From assembly GCA_965207375.1 (NCBI GenBank), contig OZ242274.1, positions 224,001 to 288,000 of the forward strand: DNA of 64,000 bases, given 5' to 3'. Position numbers and translations under genes: made by a program. Below the pieces are notes generated by a model that had not been told where the DNA came from, searched no databases, and saw only the letters and a program-made list of their open reading frames with translations. Shown here in pieces: positions 42,273 to 52,284 of the stretch. Position 1 is the stretch's first letter. Each line of letters starts with the position of its first letter. This DNA is from Nitrosopumilaceae archaeon (GTDB lineage: Archaea; Thermoproteota; Nitrososphaeria; Nitrososphaerales; Nitrosopumilaceae).

Positions 42273-43484
42273 ATGACCAAAGTCACACTACAGTGCAGAG
42301 AATGTAAAAAGGACTATGAGTCTGTATTCAAGTATATCTGTGATGACTGTTTTGGACCCTTAGATGTCAAATACGACTTTCCATCCGTTTCCAAAGATAC
42401 CTTTGCAAACCGTGAGCAAACCTACTGGAGATATTTTGAACTATTACCCATTATAGACAAATCAAATATTGTCAGTATTGGTGCTGGCATGACACCACTT
42501 GTAAAAGCCGATAAACTTGGCAAGGCGTTGGGCCTCAACAACTTGTATATCAAAAACGATTCTGTAAATCCAACATTTTCATTCAAGGACAGACCTGCAG
42601 GTGTAGCAGTGTCTAAAGCAAAGGAGTTTGGATTATCTGCAGTAGGATGCGCATCTACTGGCAATTTAGCATCTGCAACTGCAGCTCATGCAGCTAAGGG
42701 CGGATTTCCATGTCATGTTTTTGCACCAAGCGACATTGAGCTAGCAAAAATCGCCCAAGCTCTTTCTTATGGTGCCAATTTCTTTGCAATTGATGGAACC
42801 TATGATACTGCAAATACCATTGCTGCTCAAATTGGCGATTCAAAAAATATTGGCATTGTAAATATTAACATGCGTTCTTATTATGTTGAAGGCTCAAAAA
42901 CTCTGGCCTTTGAGGTAGCCGAACAGCTTGACTGGCAGGTACCTGATCAATTAATTGTCCCTGTCGGCAGCGGTGCAATGCTTAATGCAATTTGCAAAGG
43001 CTTTGAGGAATTACAACAGGTATCCTTACTTGGTGACGTATCTGATATGAGAATCATGGCAGCTCAGCCTCAAGGATGTGCTCCTGTAGTTGAAGCATTT
43101 AAGAAAAACACATCCGTGATTCCAGTTGAGGATCCTCAAACCGTTGCTAAAAGTCTAGCAATAGGTGATCCAGGAGATGGACGATACGTACTGAATCGTC
43201 TTGCACAATACAATGGATACGCCGAACAGGCAAATGACAAGGAAATTCTTGACGCAATTGTATTACTGGCCAAGACAGAAGGCATATTCACAGAACCTGC
43301 AGGCGGCGTCTGCGTTTCTGTTTTACAAAAAATGGTACAGCAAGGCAAAATCGATAAAAATGACCACACAGTCTGTTATATAACAGGCAACGGACTCAAA
43401 TCAACAGAGTCTTTGATGCAGGTTTTACAAAGACCTCAAACGATGCAACCTGATTTGGCAAAAATAACAGCGGCGGTAAAATAA
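42273..43484 (+). CDS. thrC: Threonine synthase
   Basis: NPTFSFKDR, ASTGN, EGSKT, VPVGSG motifs. Confidence 0.93.
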   Translation: MTKVTLQCRECKKDYESVFKYICDDCFGPLDVKYDFPSVSKDTFANREQTYWRYFELLPIIDKSNIVSIGAGMTPLVKADKLGKALGLNNLYIKNDSVNPTFSFKDRPAGVAVSKAKEFGLSAVGCASTGNLASATAAHAAKGGFPCHVFAPSDIELAKIAQALSYGANFFAIDGTYDTANTIAAQIGDSKNIGIVNINMRSYYVEGSKTLAFEVAEQLDWQVPDQLIVPVGSGAMLNAICKGFEELQQVSLLGDVSDMRIMAAQPQGCAPVVEAFKKNTSVIPVEDPQTVAKSLAIGDPGDGRYVLNRLAQYNGYAEQANDKEILDAIVLLAKTEGIFTEPAGGVCVSVLQKMVQQGKIDKNDHTVCYITGNGLKSTESLMQVLQRPQTMQPDLAKITAAVK

Positions 43485-44807
43485 GTGGCAGATATAGCAT
43501 TTACAGTTCCATCCGTTTTAAACCAAGGTAAGGGAGAAATCAAACATGATATCTCTGCAGATTCCCTACAGGATGCGTTTACCAAAATAGCCCAAATCAT
43601 GGGCGATGACTTTAAACGACGAGTGTTAGAGGCAGATGAGAGTCCGCGCTCTCTGATTAATGTGTATATTAATGGAAAAAATGCCAAATTCTCAGGTGGC
43701 ATGCAAACTGATCTCAAAGACGGCGACCAAATCTATATTCTTCCTGCCGTTGCAGGAGGCTCGCAGGATCTTTCAAGTAAGGAACTTGACAGATTTTCAC
43801 GCCAGGTAATGTTGGAGCAGATAGGATACGAAGGACAACTCAAGCTAAAAAACTCCAAGGTATGCGTTGTGGGAACAGGTGGATTGGGAAATCCTATAAC
43901 CTCACGTCTTGCTGCAATGGGCGTAGGAACACTGCGCATAGTTGACAGGGATGTAATTGAGCTTTCCAACCTTCCAAGGCAAACAATGTTTGACGAGTCC
44001 GATATAGGTACCGTAAAGGTAGAGGCTGCCTCCAACAAACTCAAAAAACTAAATCCGGATTGTGACGTGCAGGCACTTGCAGTCTCAGTTAATGATTATA
44101 CTGCTTTTGAGGTTGTACAAGGCTGCGATGTTGTCATAGATGCATTGGACAGTGTAAATGCACGATACGCATTAAACAAGGCATGTGTAAATCTTGAAAT
44201 TCCGTTTGTTACGGGTGCCGCAGTAGGTGTATCAGGACAGGCATTTACCGTACTTCCTGGCAAATCTGCATGCTATCATTGTATGTTTCCTGCCCTAGAT
44301 GAGGACTCGATGCCCACATGCAGCATTGAAGGTGTACATCCTTCGATTCTTTCAATTGTTGGAGGCATTGAGGTTGCAGAAGCCGTCAAAATCATTTTGG
44401 GTCAAGAGCCTAGTCTGTCTGAGAAAATACTGCACATCGACTTGGAAAATCTTGATTTTTCAAACGTGAAAACCTTTAGAGTCGACGAATGTCCCATATG
44501 TGGAACGGGCACAATACCCGATACTCCAAAAGAGGAATTGATTCTTGAGGAGCTGTGTGGTAGAAATCATGGAAAAAGAACATTTTCAATTACACCCACA
44601 CTTACCTTTGATCTTGATGTTACAAGAGTTGCAGCTGCTGCAAAAACTAGAGGTCTTAGTATCGATAACCAGGGTGAGCTAGGATTATCATTACGCAATA
44701 ATGATTTTTCTGTTAGTTTTATGAAAAAGGGCTCTGCCGTTGTGGTAGGTCCAAAAGATGAGGCTGAGGCAATTGCACTGTATAACAGTCTTGTAGCCAA
44801 ACAGTAA
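43485..44807 (+). CDS. MoaD/SAMP ubiquitin-like domain fused to ThiF/MoeB E1-like adenylyltransferase
   Basis: PAVAGG followed by RFSRQ, VVGTGGLG, SNLPRQ, CYHC, CPIC. Confidence 0.92.
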   Translation: MADIAFTVPSVLNQGKGEIKHDISADSLQDAFTKIAQIMGDDFKRRVLEADESPRSLINVYINGKNAKFSGGMQTDLKDGDQIYILPAVAGGSQDLSSKELDRFSRQVMLEQIGYEGQLKLKNSKVCVVGTGGLGNPITSRLAAMGVGTLRIVDRDVIELSNLPRQTMFDESDIGTVKVEAASNKLKKLNPDCDVQALAVSVNDYTAFEVVQGCDVVIDALDSVNARYALNKACVNLEIPFVTGAAVGVSGQAFTVLPGKSACYHCMFPALDEDSMPTCSIEGVHPSILSIVGGIEVAEAVKIILGQEPSLSEKILHIDLENLDFSNVKTFRVDECPICGTGTIPDTPKEELILEELCGRNHGKRTFSITPTLTFDLDVTRVAAAAKTRGLSIDNQGELGLSLRNNDFSVSFMKKGSAVVVGPKDEAEAIALYNSLVAKQ

Positions 44808-44937
44808 TCTGCTTTGGGTATACACGATTTGATGTATAATTACAGTATATTTCATGCACAAGAATTTTTCACTTTGTCAAATCAGGCACAAATTTGGAGA
44901 CTAAAGTAATTAATATCACAAAATCTCAACATGCATT

Positions 44938-45462
44938 ATGTATAATTCGGGAGGAGCAGTCGACACTCTTAACATGTTATTTGACAAGCTTGAGGCTCTA
45001 TTTGATGAATCTCAAGGATACTATGAGACATTTTTAGATACAAACAATTTGTACAAACAAGGACAGCTCTCAGATAAGGAATTTTTCCAAAAGTTAGGGG
45101 ATTATACGGTGGCTTATTCTGCCTTGGAATTTTTAGCAATAAAGGTACTCTTTGAGGTTAGAAAATCACTTGGTCCAGGTACAGGTACCCAGTCTCCGGG
45201 TTTAATGCCCGGCATGGGACAGCCCGGAATCATGCCTGGTGCTGCTCCGCCACAAGTCGGTACCGTAGATAATCCCGTAGGCGGCCCGCCAGGAATTGTT
45301 TCTGCTCAACAAGGATTTGGAGAAGCAGGAACCCTGCCTACACCTGATCCAAATTTAATGCCAAGACGTCAGACAACTGCACCTAGTAACGGATGTCCAT
45401 CATGTGGTGTGTCACTCAGACCCAACGCAAAGTTTTGTGTACAGTGTGGCAACAAGGTTTAA
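44938..45462 (+). CDS. Zinc-ribbon protein with Pro/Gly-rich linker
   Basis: C-terminal CPSCG..AKFCVQCG. Confidence 0.8.
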   Translation: MYNSGGAVDTLNMLFDKLEALFDESQGYYETFLDTNNLYKQGQLSDKEFFQKLGDYTVAYSALEFLAIKVLFEVRKSLGPGTGTQSPGLMPGMGQPGIMPGAAPPQVGTVDNPVGGPPGIVSAQQGFGEAGTLPTPDPNLMPRRQTTAPSNGCPSCGVSLRPNAKFCVQCGNKV

Positions 45463-45821
45463 TCTTGTGTTGAACCGCAATCTGGGCAGAATTTTGCACT
45501 AGCTGAAATTTTTTCGCCACACTCTGAACAGAATTTTGTATCTGCATCTATTTTTTCAAACTGATTTCCATAGACCTTTGAGTTTAGTACAGCCCCGCTT
45601 GGCTCGTATTTGTCATCATCAATAATGTTTACCGGCTCAAAGTCTTGCTCTGTAGTAAACGTCATAATTCTGGGAATGGTTTTTTCTTTGTCTTGCGGGT
45701 CTGGTACCATGTCTCCTAACCAAAATGCAAATCTCATAAGGGTAAGCTCTGGAGTTGAAAATGCTAATGTGTGGGCTGACATATAGTCCTGCGCTGCCTT
45801 TTTTCCATCAAATACCTTCAT
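45459..45821 (-). CDS. Zinc-ribbon protein
   Basis: C-terminal FCSECG..AKFCPDCG. Confidence 0.8.
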   Translation of the reverse strand: MKVFDGKKAAQDYMSAHTLAFSTPELTLMRFAFWLGDMVPDPQDKEKTIPRIMTFTTEQDFEPVNIIDDDKYEPSGAVLNSKVYGNQFEKIDADTKFCSECGEKISASAKFCPDCGSTQD

Positions 45822-46096
45822 GAATCTACTGTTTTTAGTTTATGTATAATAGTTTTTAGAGACAAGAAAGTGATTGTATCTTTGATTTTTTTGTCAATTA
45901 TTTCTGCAGACACGCAGGGACCATCTATTTTTCAGGCACAAAATTTCTTTTGAAAAACACTTGCATAAATTTGAAAACTATATGTTGTGCACTAAATTAA
46001 CAATCACATCTACTATAAAGTCATATCATATTTTGCTACAGTCTGCCTTGCAGATTCTTGTTGCATTTGGCCTGTGACATCTTTACAAAAACTAAG

Positions 46097-46168
46097 TGGA
46101 CCGAGAGGGAGTCGCACCCTCGACCTCCGCGTTGCGAACGCGGCATTATGCTCCTAAACCATCGGCCC
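46097..46168 (-). tRNA. tRNA-Ala(CGC)
   Basis: GGGCCGA/TCGGTCC acceptor with G3:U70; CCGCG-TTCGCAA-CGCGG arm; non-canonical T-loop TGCGACT. Confidence 0.9.
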
Positions 46169-46242
46169 TAAACAGCACGATTTTACCTCCTCTTTTATTC
46201 ATTTACTCAACGCATAATAGCAATAAAATTTCTTACAAAATC

Positions 46243-47631
46243 ATGACAGTTGATTCTGTTGTTGTAGGCTCTCATGTTGTTTTACCAAACGGCATAGTTG
46301 AGAAAAATATCGTAATTGATCAGGGCAAAGTGATTGCTTTGACCAATGACATTCCTTTATGTGATAATAAAATCAAGGCAGATGGCTTGGTATCTATCCC
46401 CGGACCAATTGACACCCATGTTCATTACGGTGTTTATTCTCCTATAGATCAAGCAGCAGTTACCGAATCTCATGCTGCAGCAATCGGCGGCATTACAACA
46501 ATGATGCGAATGCTACGATTAGGCAGTTCTTATAAAAACGACTTGACAGCTCAGCTTGATGCAAGTGCAAATTCTCATTATGTTGATTATACAGCTCATG
46601 CATCAATTTTTAACAATAATCAAATTAATGAAATGAAATATTGCACCGAACAGGGAATCACCTCCTTCAAATTATACATGAATCTTGGTTCTGATATAGG
46701 ACATGTTTACATGGACATGAATCCGTATTCGACAACTCTTTTTGATGCTCATGTCGATGTAACTAGTGAAATTGTAAGAAATACAGTAAAAATGGCAGCA
46801 CATCTTCGGTGCCCCGTTTTGGTTCATGCCGAAGACTATGAGTCGTGTTCATGTGGAATTAAAACTGCAAAAGAAAAAAACCAGGACGGACTACCTGCAT
46901 GGTCTCATAGTCGTCCTCCTGAATCAGAAGCCAAGGCAATTGCAACCATATCTGAGTATGCACGAGAATTCAACTGTGTCATCTATTTTGTTCATATTGG
47001 TTCTGCTACTGCCTTGGAACAAATTAAAAAAGAAAAACAAAAAGGCACTAAAATTTTTGTAGAATCATGTCCACACTATATGACTCTCTCTTATGAGAAA
47101 CAGCAGGGCTATCTTGCCAAGGTTATGCCTCCGATCCGTTCAGAATCTGATGTTAAAGCAGTCTGGAACGCCATTTTATCTAATCAAATCAATACAATCG
47201 GCACCGATCATGTTGCAAATCAACTCAAACTAAAACTTGGAGAAGATGTATGGGATGCACTAGCAGGCTTTCCGGGTATAGGTACAGTATTGCCTATTTT
47301 ATTGAGTGAAGGCGTCAACCGTGACAGAATTTCTTTGCAGCATCTAGTCCAATTGACCAGCTATAATGCTGCAAACATTTTTGGCATGTATCCAAAAAAA
47401 GGCTCCCTTGAACCAGGATTTGATGCAGATGTGGCCATAATTGATTTGAAATTAGAACAAAAAGTTAACAATGAGCTGTTTGGCGGCTTTTCTGATTATC
47501 TTGTGTATGAGGGATGGAATCTCAAAGGATGGCCGATTAAAACTATGGTTCGTGGTCAACTTGTAGCCGAAGATTTTGAGGTTATAGGCAAAAAGGGTCA
47601 TGGCCAACTAGTGATGCGACCGTCTACGTAA
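46243..47631 (+). CDS. Cyclic amidohydrolase (dihydroorotase/allantoinase/hydantoinase family)
   Basis: IDTHVH, GGITT, VHAED, GTDH, KG.L.PG.DAD motifs. Confidence 0.9.
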   Translation: MTVDSVVVGSHVVLPNGIVEKNIVIDQGKVIALTNDIPLCDNKIKADGLVSIPGPIDTHVHYGVYSPIDQAAVTESHAAAIGGITTMMRMLRLGSSYKNDLTAQLDASANSHYVDYTAHASIFNNNQINEMKYCTEQGITSFKLYMNLGSDIGHVYMDMNPYSTTLFDAHVDVTSEIVRNTVKMAAHLRCPVLVHAEDYESCSCGIKTAKEKNQDGLPAWSHSRPPESEAKAIATISEYAREFNCVIYFVHIGSATALEQIKKEKQKGTKIFVESCPHYMTLSYEKQQGYLAKVMPPIRSESDVKAVWNAILSNQINTIGTDHVANQLKLKLGEDVWDALAGFPGIGTVLPILLSEGVNRDRISLQHLVQLTSYNAANIFGMYPKKGSLEPGFDADVAIIDLKLEQKVNNELFGGFSDYLVYEGWNLKGWPIKTMVRGQLVAEDFEVIGKKGHGQLVMRPST

Positions 47632-47758
47632 TTGGTTATTTTGTGTACCTAATGTTGTTTTGATATTGTGATAATATGAAAATTTCATACCTGAAAAATT
47701 TACGACCAGAGTTTGTACGTGCATTTTACTACATAAACACATGCAGACTTGATGTGCA

Positions 47759-48097
47759 TCAGCCAATCAAATCAATCAAAATCTTTTTGATTTTATCGTG
47801 TGTTGTCTTGTTTATTGTGCCAATCTTCATACGTACCAACTCATTGCTAACACTGAAAACCCTGTCAACCTTAATCTTGCTGTCTGCAATAAGATGTCCC
47901 TTATCCAGACTGTTATCCTTTAACAATAAATCGTATCTTCTTTTTTTGAAATTTGTTGTAAGTGGAACTGCTATGAAATCTTTGTGTGTTTTATTGTATG
48001 CATTTTTGGATATGACTATTGCAGGTCTTACCTTGGATGCTTTCATATCAGAAAAGGGAAACGACAAAAGAACAATGTCCCTTTGATAGACATTCAT
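47759..48097 (-). CDS. PemK/MazF-family toxin
   Basis: FPFSD...K.RPAIVIS, VPLTT motifs. Confidence 0.9.
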   Translation of the reverse strand: MNVYQRDIVLLSFPFSDMKASKVRPAIVISKNAYNKTHKDFIAVPLTTNFKKRRYDLLLKDNSLDKGHLIADSKIKVDRVFSVSNELVRMKIGTINKTTHDKIKKILIDLIG

Positions 48098-48378
48098 TTT
48101 TGTTTCATGTATTGGTTCCAGATCTCGTCATCTTTGTTGGACCAGAGTCGTTTTAATGACTCTTCAGAAAACTCTTGAAGATCCTTAAACTCATCTTGCA
48201 TCTTCTTTGCTAGAGCGTCTGCTTTTTCTATAAGAATGCGCTTACCTTTTTTTATCAAAATAATGTTATCCCCTTTTTTCAAACCTAGATCTTTTTGAAT
48301 ATCCGACGGTAATGCGATCTGGCCCTTTGCAGAAACTTTGATTGTCTTAAATTTTATCTCGTTACTGAGTGTTGTCAT
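48094..48378 (-). CDS. AbrB/MazE-family antitoxin
   Basis: KVSAKGQIALP..I...LGLKKGD; C-terminal W...D.IW; 4-nt overlap with the toxin. Confidence 0.9.
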   Translation of the reverse strand: MTTLSNEIKFKTIKVSAKGQIALPSDIQKDLGLKKGDNIILIKKGKRILIEKADALAKKMQDEFKDLQEFSEESLKRLWSNKDDEIWNQYMKQK

Positions 48379-48422
48379 ATTAGAAGTAAGAATTTTCTTA
48401 CTTATAAAAATAATGACTTGTA

Positions 48423-48482
48423 CAGCTAAACGAAATGTGACTCGAATTCTTACCCTTGTCTCTGTTCATTTCGGGGTAGATG
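48423..48482. mobile_element. MITE, copy 3 (internally deleted, degenerate)
   Basis: CAGCTAAACGAAATGTGA...AATTCTTA...CATTTCG...TAGATG matches copies 1 and 2. Confidence 0.65.
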
Positions 48483-48555
48483 GGTAAAAACGACGTTAAC
48501 ACTTACGAATATATTCTGCTTTCAGATAGATGTCATGTATAATCTGTATGTCATT

Positions 48556-49233
48556 TTATTGTATGATGTCAAATCTTCCACCGGTTTTGGCCTTGTAAAT
48601 CACATCTGGCCTTTTAGTAAATATTCCTACCTCCATTACTCCTGCCATTTGGATTATTGTGTTTGCTAACTGCTTTGGATTTTTTATCGTACCAAAATCA
48701 CAATCAAGAATAATATTTCCATTTTCTGACAAAAACGGATATCCTCGGTCTAGTGTTCTGACCTGTGCATTTCCACCAATTTTGTCCACTAGTCTCGAAA
48801 CTGTCCTTCTTGCATGTGGGTGAACCTCGACTGGAATTGCTCTGTTGATGTTTTTTACAAATTTAGTTTTATCTGCCATAATTACGACCTTTTTTGCAGC
48901 ATTGATCAAAATATTTTCCCGCAGTAATGCGCCTCCTCCACCCTTTACCAAATACTTTTGAGCATCAATTTGATCTGCCCCATCAAATACTAGATCAATT
49001 TTTTCAACCTGATCCATTTCTATTAGCGGTATTGCATTTTTTTCTGCAATCATTTTGATTTGCAGTGATGTTGGAATTCCTTGCACGTTGATATTTTTTG
49101 CCTTGATGTATCTTCCCAAAGACTTTACAAATGCACTAGCCGCCCTGCCGCTACCTAATCCTAACACCTGCCCGTCTTTTACAAATCTTAACGCATCTAT
49201 AGATAATGCATTAATTGCATCATCATATGACAA
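48556..49233 (-). CDS. rpiA: Ribose-5-phosphate isomerase A
   Basis: GLGSG, DGADQ, KGGGGALLRE motifs. Confidence 0.95.
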   Translation of the reverse strand: MSYDDAINALSIDALRFVKDGQVLGLGSGRAASAFVKSLGRYIKAKNINVQGIPTSLQIKMIAEKNAIPLIEMDQVEKIDLVFDGADQIDAQKYLVKGGGGALLRENILINAAKKVVIMADKTKFVKNINRAIPVEVHPHARRTVSRLVDKIGGNAQVRTLDRGYPFLSENGNIILDCDFGTIKNPKQLANTIIQMAGVMEVGIFTKRPDVIYKAKTGGRFDIIQ

Positions 49234-50046
49234 TTATTCTACCTCGGCCTGTGATAAACTTTTAAGTTCCTTTAAAATTTTTGCCTTGATTTTTTCTATA
49301 TCTTCATCATCTGTTGACTCTTCCTGTACCCCTGTGGGCTTTTCTTTTGTCACTTTTACAATTGGTACCTCCTGCTTTTCTTTTGTCTCTTTTACAACCG
49401 GTATCTCTGGTTCTGGAATTACCTGTTCTGTATTTTTAAACGGATATGGTGTACCTTTCTTTGGTATTGTTGTCAGTGTTGTAATTTCCATCTGTTTTTT
49501 CAAAGCCTGGCTTACTGTATTTTTGTCAAACTTGAATGTGTCTTGCATCTTTTTGATTGGATCTGACTTTTCCTTACTATATACATCAAACTTTGTATCT
49601 TGTGTTTTTTTGGTTGGACTTTGCTTTACATCTTTTTGGATTGGTGGTTGTGTGATCTTTGCAGATAATTCATACAGTCTGCTGTCTAGCTGCGATAATT
49701 TCTGATCCATCAGGGTAATCAAACCGTCTCCTACAGGACCCAAATCCGGATGACGTCGGGCCTCCTCTAATCTTTCTAATTTGGCAAGAATGATTCCAAG
49801 TTGGTGTTGGTATTTTAGCAACAGTTTGTCTTTTTGAATATTTGATACATCTGAATCATTCTCATACAATCTTGCAATTGTCTTGTTCAAAATATCCTTT
49901 TCAATTTTAAGTGAATTTATTTGATTTTTGATATGCGCACTTGTACCTATGCTTTGTAATTTGGTTCTGTTTCTTGGAAATTTTTTTACAGCTACTGCTG
50001 ATGCTGCTCCTGCTATCGAACTAAGTAGAATTACTAATTCTTGCAT
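49234..50046 (-). CDS. Hypothetical coiled-coil protein
   Basis: Tightly coupled between rpl37e and rpiA; ends in QAEVE. Confidence 0.75.
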   Translation of the reverse strand: MQELVILLSSIAGAASAVAVKKFPRNRTKLQSIGTSAHIKNQINSLKIEKDILNKTIARLYENDSDVSNIQKDKLLLKYQHQLGIILAKLERLEEARRHPDLGPVGDGLITLMDQKLSQLDSRLYELSAKITQPPIQKDVKQSPTKKTQDTKFDVYSKEKSDPIKKMQDTFKFDKNTVSQALKKQMEITTLTTIPKKGTPYPFKNTEQVIPEPEIPVVKETKEKQEVPIVKVTKEKPTGVQEESTDDEDIEKIKAKILKELKSLSQAEVE

Positions 50047-50214
50047 CTATGTGTACCATTTGATCCAAGAGTATTTACGGATTTTTGCCTCTGGAAAGCC
50101 ACAACTAGCACATTTATGGTGACGCTTGTGCAACGAGTTTTTACCGCACCGCCTGCATCTAATGTGGACCTTTTTCTTGGTAAAACCACCCATTGATGTT
50201 GTGCCTTTTACCAT
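50047..50214 (-). CDS. rpl37e: 50S ribosomal protein L37e (not in the ORF track)
   Basis: [31 protein letters not shown], 55 aa. Confidence 0.95.
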   Translation of the reverse strand: MVKGTTSMGGFTKKKVHIRCRRCGKNSLHKRHHKCASCGFPEAKIRKYSWIKWYT

Positions 50215-50225
50215 GATTAATCACT

Positions 50226-50459
50226 CTATGATGATGGAGGTGGAGAAATCATTACCACATTGTCTCCTCGTACAACTATGGTTCCCAAAGTCTTTGAATC
50301 GCCTTCAGAAGGGATCTCTTCTGATTGGTCGAGTAGCAGATTCATGTGTTGGTCAAATCCGAGTAAGCTTCCACGGATAGTCTTGCCGCCTTTTAGCTTT
50401 ATCAGGACTACCTTGCTGATGCTTTCATCTAGTACTTTTACTGCCATATCTACGGACAT
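50226..50459 (-). CDS. Sm/Lsm RNA-binding protein
   Basis: [19 protein letters not shown]; adjacent to rpl37e. Confidence 0.95.
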   Translation of the reverse strand: MSVDMAVKVLDESISKVVLIKLKGGKTIRGSLLGFDQHMNLLLDQSEEIPSEGDSKTLGTIVVRGDNVVMISPPPSS

Positions 50460-50504
50460 TTATTTCACTTATTGACCCTCATAATGAGGCATTATATTAA
50501 AATT

Positions 50505-51224
50505 TCATTGGTGTAACTTGGTCTTTTGTTCAGTAAGACAAGTTTGACACGTTTTGCTCAAATTTTTGATGATTTCTGACAAAATTTTTACCCCCTCCTT
50601 TTTTGTAGCCCTTCTCGGATCGCCCCAAATTCCGTTTTTGGTAACCTTTGGAAACGATTTTGAGGCTAGCTTGCGTGCTTTTTTTAACTCCATGGGGCCA
50701 AGTCTGTCTTCATCTAATCCCTTTTTTGCTAGTCTCATCTTGACATTTTTTGAGACAGCTAGCATCAATGAGGTTTCAACATGACCTGCATGATCAAACC
50801 GCCTCTTCATAAAATGCCAATATGAAAATACATGGATTTTACCCCCAGAAACCTTTTTGCTAATTTGACTCGTAGCTTTTTGATTCCCGTGATGTCCGTT
50901 TATGACAAAGATATTTTTGATTCCATTTGATTCTAGCGATTCACAAATATCAATAATTTGTTTTTGTAGTGTGATGTCCCTTACACTCAGTTGAAATAGT
51001 GGTGCATGCTCAAATGATACTCCGTATGTAATAGTTGGCAGTACAAGTGCACCAATTTTTTTACCCACTTTATTTGCAACTCTTGTTACTATTTCTGAAT
51101 CTGTCGTAATTGGCAGGTGTGACCCGTGTTGTTCTATGGATCCTACAGGAATTATTGCAGCTAGTTTTTTTTGTTTTATTTTTTTTCTTAATTGCGGATC
51201 AAACCAGGTAAAGGAATCCGTCAT
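50505..51224 (-). CDS. Creatininase/amidohydrolase family protein
   Basis: PVGSIEQHG.HLP..TD, NGHHGN, HAG..ETS motifs. Confidence 0.9.
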   Translation of the reverse strand: MTDSFTWFDPQLRKKIKQKKLAAIIPVGSIEQHGSHLPITTDSEIVTRVANKVGKKIGALVLPTITYGVSFEHAPLFQLSVRDITLQKQIIDICESLESNGIKNIFVINGHHGNQKATSQISKKVSGGKIHVFSYWHFMKRRFDHAGHVETSLMLAVSKNVKMRLAKKGLDEDRLGPMELKKARKLASKSFPKVTKNGIWGDPRRATKKEGVKILSEIIKNLSKTCQTCLTEQKTKLHQ

Positions 51225-51228
51225 TGAA

Positions 51229-52068
51229 TCACTTGGATTTGATGTGAACCTTTCTCCAGTTCACCTCTAACTTGTTTTCTAAATGTAATTTTGCAGCTTT
51301 GAAAAGAGTAAGAGCTTCTAACTTTTGGCCATTTTTCTTTATGTCTTCAAGCGAATCCTGTGTAGTAACCTCAAAAGAGTTTTGAAGAATAATAGGTCCC
51401 TGATCCAAGTTTTCTGTAACGTAATGTGATGTAACTCCAACAATTTTTGTCCCCCTCTCAAATGCTTGTGCATATGCAATTGCACCAGGAAATGCAGGCA
51501 GCAGTGACGGATGTATATTGATTATTCTATTTGGATATCTCCAAACAAAGTTTGGCGTAAGAATCCTCATGTATCTTGCCAATAGTATCAAATCAACATC
51601 ATATTTTTTACAAACTTCTATTAATTTAGATTCTGCCCTACTTTGTTCTCGTTCTTGTACGGTAACAAATGGAATCTTTGCTTTTTTTGCCATAGATTCC
51701 AGAGTTTTTTCGGTTCCCACAATTATTGCAATTTTGCCCCCCAGCCTTGCTTTATTTTTCAACAACAACTCTAGACAGTGATCCTCTTTTGTGACAAAAA
51801 TTGCAATATTTTTTGCAGAATTAGATTCGTGATGTGTGCTTACTTCCATCTTTTGCCTTTTTGCTAATTTTTGCAATTCCTGATCAAATTTTTTGACATC
51901 AATTATTCCGGCAAACGATGCCTCCAAGTACATTCCAAACAGGCCCCTTATCACATTCTGATTTACTTTTTCAACATTTCCCTGTTTTTGGAACACAAAA
52001 TTTGTAAACGCTGCAACTATTCCCTCTCTATCCTTTCCCACTATTGTGATCCCAACTACTGTTTTCAA
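51229..52068 (-). CDS. purU: Formyltetrahydrofolate deformylase
   Basis: ACT domain, LARYMRIL, INIHPSLLPAF.GA, LDQGPII motifs. Confidence 0.92.
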   Translation of the reverse strand: MKTVVGITIVGKDREGIVAAFTNFVFQKQGNVEKVNQNVIRGLFGMYLEASFAGIIDVKKFDQELQKLAKRQKMEVSTHHESNSAKNIAIFVTKEDHCLELLLKNKARLGGKIAIIVGTEKTLESMAKKAKIPFVTVQEREQSRAESKLIEVCKKYDVDLILLARYMRILTPNFVWRYPNRIINIHPSLLPAFPGAIAYAQAFERGTKIVGVTSHYVTENLDQGPIILQNSFEVTTQDSLEDIKKNGQKLEALTLFKAAKLHLENKLEVNWRKVHIKSK

Positions 52069-52284
52069 TGTGATATGGTTTGCAAATTACCTTATTAATT
52101 CTTAAAGTTAAAACAAGTCCTGTAAAATCTGCCATTGAATTTTGACAAAACTGCGATACGCCACTAATCGCAGATATTGCCAAATTATGTCTACGGCACG
52201 AATCTAAAGGCTTGGGCAACAGTTTGATAAACTCTGCAAAAGGCAATTCATACCTTGCAAAAGTCCTAACTACCAAATCAGACT

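Noticed and set aside
46096-46242. N-terminal extension of the amidohydrolase
   Set aside because: Overlaps tRNA-Ala on the opposite strand; the real start is probably 46243
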